From positions 166,364 through 230,363 of the forward strand of contig MNCI01000296.1 of assembly GCA_015680685.1 (NCBI GenBank): 64,000 nucleotides of DNA, in the 5' to 3' direction. The position numbers and the translations under genes are program-made. Under the pieces are notes generated by a model, which was not told the origin of the DNA, did no database searches, and saw nothing but the letters and a program-made list of their open reading frames with translations. This stretch comes from Gnetum montanum (lineage: Eukaryota > Plantae > Gnetophyta). This document shows, one piece after another, positions 60,080 through 64,000 of the stretch (the first letter of the stretch is position 1; each line of letters starts with the position of its first letter).

Positions 60080-63000
60080 TGATGAGTGCAGTTACTGTAA
60101 TAATTAGAGTAGTTACTCTAATTATTAGAGTAGTTATTCTAATTATTAGAGTGGTTATTATTAGAGCAGTTACTTTAATTATTAGAGTGGTTATTATTAG
60201 AACAGTTACTCTAATTATTAGAGTGGTTACTCTAATTATTAGAGTGGTTGTTATTAGAGCGGTTATTCCCGGGTTACTCCTGGGCCTATAAATACAGTGC
60301 CCAGGCGCACAATAGGGAGTAATTTAGAAGAAGAAGTCAAGAGGAATTCTGGTAGCAATCAAGTAGTGAAACTCTTGTATTCTGAAAGTTAGAGTATTTT
60401 CCAAGTACCCACAGTAGGAGGTCGAAGTGTGGACGGATCTTTATTCGAGCATTGTGTACCTGAGCATACCTTGTGTACAACAAAAAAGATGAGCTCTTTG
60501 ATTCATCTTTGCAGCACTTGAGATTTGTTTTCTTACCCATTTTTTTTATTTTATTTTCTTATGCATTTATTTTATTTTATGCACTTTACATTTTTGTTAT
60601 TAGCACACATAGTACGATCATTTCGAGCATGCGTGTAACACTTGGTAACCCAGTAACAATTAGCATTTGGTAATCCCAGTAGTGTTCCGCTGGTTCAAGA
60701 TGTGTATGGCAAGTGAGAATGGATACTGGTGTTAGGATTAGTTTAAAACTTAGTTAATCAGTAGTTAAGTTAAATTAGTCACTTAGTTATCTCTCTCTCC
60801 TCCCTTATTAGCAGTAGGACATAAAAATATAAAAGCCATAAAAATCATATGCCTCAAGCTTACTTAACCATACAATCGTGACATACAAGTAACTTTGGGA
60901 AGACAACGATCAACTAACCCGTCCTTGTTTCACAAGGGCGCATAAGCACTTAGTCCTTGGAATTTGACCGGATCATGTGTGAAATGCTCGTATTCCTATG
61001 GTTGAGCGTAGGGGGTTACCTTGCCACTTATCATTGGCGCCGTTGCTAGGGAGTTAGTTGTTTGTGCGCTCATTACAACATAGGAAATAATTTACATCAT
61101 TGGAACAAACCCTTAGGGTTGATTGAGAAAATAATAAATAAGAATATATTGCACACTGAATAAACAAGTATGTCTCCTTCTTTGTATGAAAGCACCTCAC
61201 CGCTTAGGTCTAAAATAGGAAACAGTTGATGGTGTAATACATATGACGTTGATTCGCCAATCCCTTAACAAGTTCGAGTGGTATATATTCATCCTGATTA
61301 GTATATACCAAAATTCACCTTTATCCTTCATCAAGACGAACAACTACATTGGCGAGACTTAAAAGGTAATATAGTATTACCTCTTGATCATTTAGTCCCA
61401 AGCATGCTTCTTTGTGCTCTCACACGAATTGGCATGCCTCACTTACATGCAGAATACGTTGTGCAAGACCATGACTCGAGAGAATACCATCCCACAGAGG
61501 CACAACATCAAAGGGACTTGCAACAGGAGAGACATCATAAGTCTTTGAAGGATAAGTGGTTCCAGGATGCCCCACATGTCTTAAGCAAAAATGAGGGTGG
61601 TGAACCTACCTCAAGCAGTCACCCACATAATGATGTTCCTTCCCNTACCCATAGGCACAAAGGGTCCAAAAAAGGGACACAGACACATGATAAAGATGGA
61701 CATTTTGATCGCAATTGCGATCGAGGTCGAGACTGGAGAAGAGAAGGTAGCAGACACTGTCATGGTTATGGTTCTCCTTCTTCTTCACCTTCATCATCTC
61801 CTTCACCCTCTCCTTCAATATTCAGATGTGGTCATAAAGAAAAAGACCATGGGGATAAAGGTAGGCAAAGTGGAAGTCATAGACGAAACAACCAAGAAAG
61901 GGGACGAGGGCATCTAGAGAGTCACGACATAGAAGAAGGGAGAGTAGGGAACAATGTAGGCATCATAGACACCATGGATGAGACAATCACAATGAACCCC
62001 TAATCACTACTCGAAGTATGTTGGACATAACTAAGGCTGCAAACAAGAAGGACATAAATCCTTGGATGTTGCCATGGGCTAATAGTAGCCACTGTTACAT
62101 TGTTGTCCTGACTATGATTATTTGCAAAGGGATCAACTATGCCATCTTGTGGATAGGCTTAGGCATGAAATGAGAAGAACCCTTGGGACTTATGCCCAAG
62201 GAAGACTATCTGAGCTTAGGTCCCATTAAATTCAAAGATTATTGGAGCAAGTTGCTAAGGAAGAAGGTGAGCTACAGAAGAGAGAAAGTGTGGAAGAGTA
62301 TGATCGAGATCCTTCGCTTTGGAAGAGGGGAGTAAGATTTTGTGAAGATGAAGAAGAGTCACCACTCGAAGAGATGGTGAATAGGAAAACTTTGTCTATC
62401 CAAAAGATGATATCAGAAGTTTCAACAAAGGTAGACCAAATGTGGGATTCCCTAAACAATTGATTTCAAACTATTTTTAAAATAGTAGAGGAGTTTAAAG
62501 ACAAAGGTAGTGAGAAAAGAAAAAAGAAAGAGGCTAAACATACATGTAGCAAGGGTAAGGGCAAAGTTGCCATCATTGAAGAGGTTGTGCATTTGGAAAC
62601 AAATAATGATAGTGGATGTGAGATATGTCAATATGACCATCCTAAGGGATGTTACCCTATAATCTCACATCTACAGGAGTCTGAGGTGTATGCACTCAAC
62701 CCATGATTAAACAAAAGGCAAACACCCCAAAGGTTACCTTATCCTCAAGGTAACCCAAGGTAGTTCTACCAAGCCTTAACATATTATCCTAGTGGAACTC
62801 CACCAATACTGATTGAGCAATATCAACAGTGGCAGCACCCACAATCATGGGGAATGCCATCATCAAAGCAACAATATCCTTACCAACAACCTGATCCATA
62901 TGGATATTATGTGCAACAATCAATCTCTCCACGTAACTCTACTAGTCACATCACTCCTCAACCTCACTACCAAGCCGACGAGTATTATGGAACTCCCTCT

Positions 63001-64000
63001 TCTAGAGGCAATATTTCGCAAGCATATCATCCTTCTCATCCGACTGCATCTCTTCCACCAATAGCTCCACTACCACCTACTCCAGCTATGCAGGGTGAAA
63101 TCCCTACCCAACTGCAGCAATGTAATGCAACAAGGGCTATTAACTCTTAACCTACTATTGGTTCCAACAACCACATGAAGAAAAGACCTTTCTTTAGAAC
63201 CAATAGACTAACCAAGCCCTTGTAATTACAAGAAACTAATTCCTTAGACACCTCAGTATCAATCAAAACTTTGGAGCCCCCTTCAACCCAATCACCGCGC
63301 TCAACGCATATAGTCATGCTAACACATGCTATCATCGATTAGATCAAAGCTAGCCACCTTCCTAGGAAATTCTATGAGCCTGGGAGTCCTCTGATATACT
63401 TACAAATTATTGGAAATGCACCATGCAAGGCTCTTTTGGATTCAAGTTCTGATGTTAACTTGATTTCTCAAGAAATGTACAAGGTGTGGAACCTGCCTCC
63501 ACTAAAAAAGAGCAACATCCATCTAGAGTTGGCCGACCAGTCCATTACTATCCCATTGGGACTGGTGGAAGACATTGTTACCACTATTTATGGGTGGTCA
63601 TACCCAACTAACTTCCTAGTGATTTAGGTAAACAATGGTAATGGGGACTTTCCAATCATAATGGGAGGGAAGAGCATGCCTAAGAACCATCGATGCACAC
63701 CTGGGAATCCACAATCTTTCCCTAGAAATATTAAAGGAAAATACATTAGAAAAGATTGAGAAGAAGAAAGTTCCGTGCATCACATACAGTGACACAAGGT
63801 GTAATTGCATGTAGAGGTCATGGTTTGTGCAAAGTTTAGCATTGCCTACATGCAATCGGTATGCACAAGTGATTAACATACAAAGATGCCTGTATGTAGC
63901 AGCCACACGATAGGAAGACACCCAGTGGCTAACAACTGATCAAAAAAGCAGTTCACTCATATGCATGGAACCAACTGAGGGTTTGACTTGTGCTTACATC
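60080..64000 (+). mobile_element. Athila-type element (Athila-2), sister of Athila-1, nested in the minus-strand element and running off the window
   Basis: 5' LTR 60080-61033; PBS TGGCGCCGTTGCTAGGGA at 61035; gag and protease colinear with 23080-26430 (e.g. VRFCEDEEESPLEEMVN, LLDSSSDVNLISQEMYK); gag core partly deleted near 62040. Confidence 0.92.
60088..60270. repeat. 15/21-bp near-palindromic minisatellite in the Athila-2 U3
   Basis: About 10 copies of ATTAGAGTRGTTA(CTCTA)ATT immediately upstream of CTATAAATA at about 60287. Confidence 0.9.

Noticed and set aside
60067-60291. ORF with VTLIIRV repeats
   Set aside because: Translation of the LTR U3 minisatellite.
61640-61650. Apparent deletion in Athila-2 relative to Athila-1
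   Set aside because: Coincides with a single N at 61645; likely an unsized gap.

Overview
AT-rich plant nuclear DNA (spliceosomal introns, LTR retrotransposons; species not determinable). The host content is a birth-and-death tandem cluster of small heavy-metal-associated (HMA; HIPP39-like, no CxxC) genes of two types. Type A has 3 exons and type B has 2 exons, arranged as repeated A-B modules. Only two copies look translatable: B3 (56776-57273, 118 aa, CaaX CTMI) and A1 (3565-4019, 76 aa bare HMA ending at a stop shared with its paralogues). The rest are pseudogenes or fragments, and two of them form a ~0.73 kb-arm inverted repeat lying downstream of a CpG-rich pseudogene promoter (candidate hairpin-RNA locus). 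Most of the window is transposons: two full-length degenerate Copia elements, a Copia fragment, three related Athila-type Gypsy copies, a non-autonomous chromovirus-derived LTR element and a Helitron2/Helentron-type Rep fragment. A ~13 kb block (33-46 kb) combines a hairpin tandem array, a degenerate SWIM/MULE-type DDE transposase that resembles domesticated plant SWIM genes, a plant-transposon-protein ORF and a Ulp1-peptidase fusion gene. All family assignments were made by eye from hand translation and remembered motifs, with no database searches, and some boundaries are approximate.
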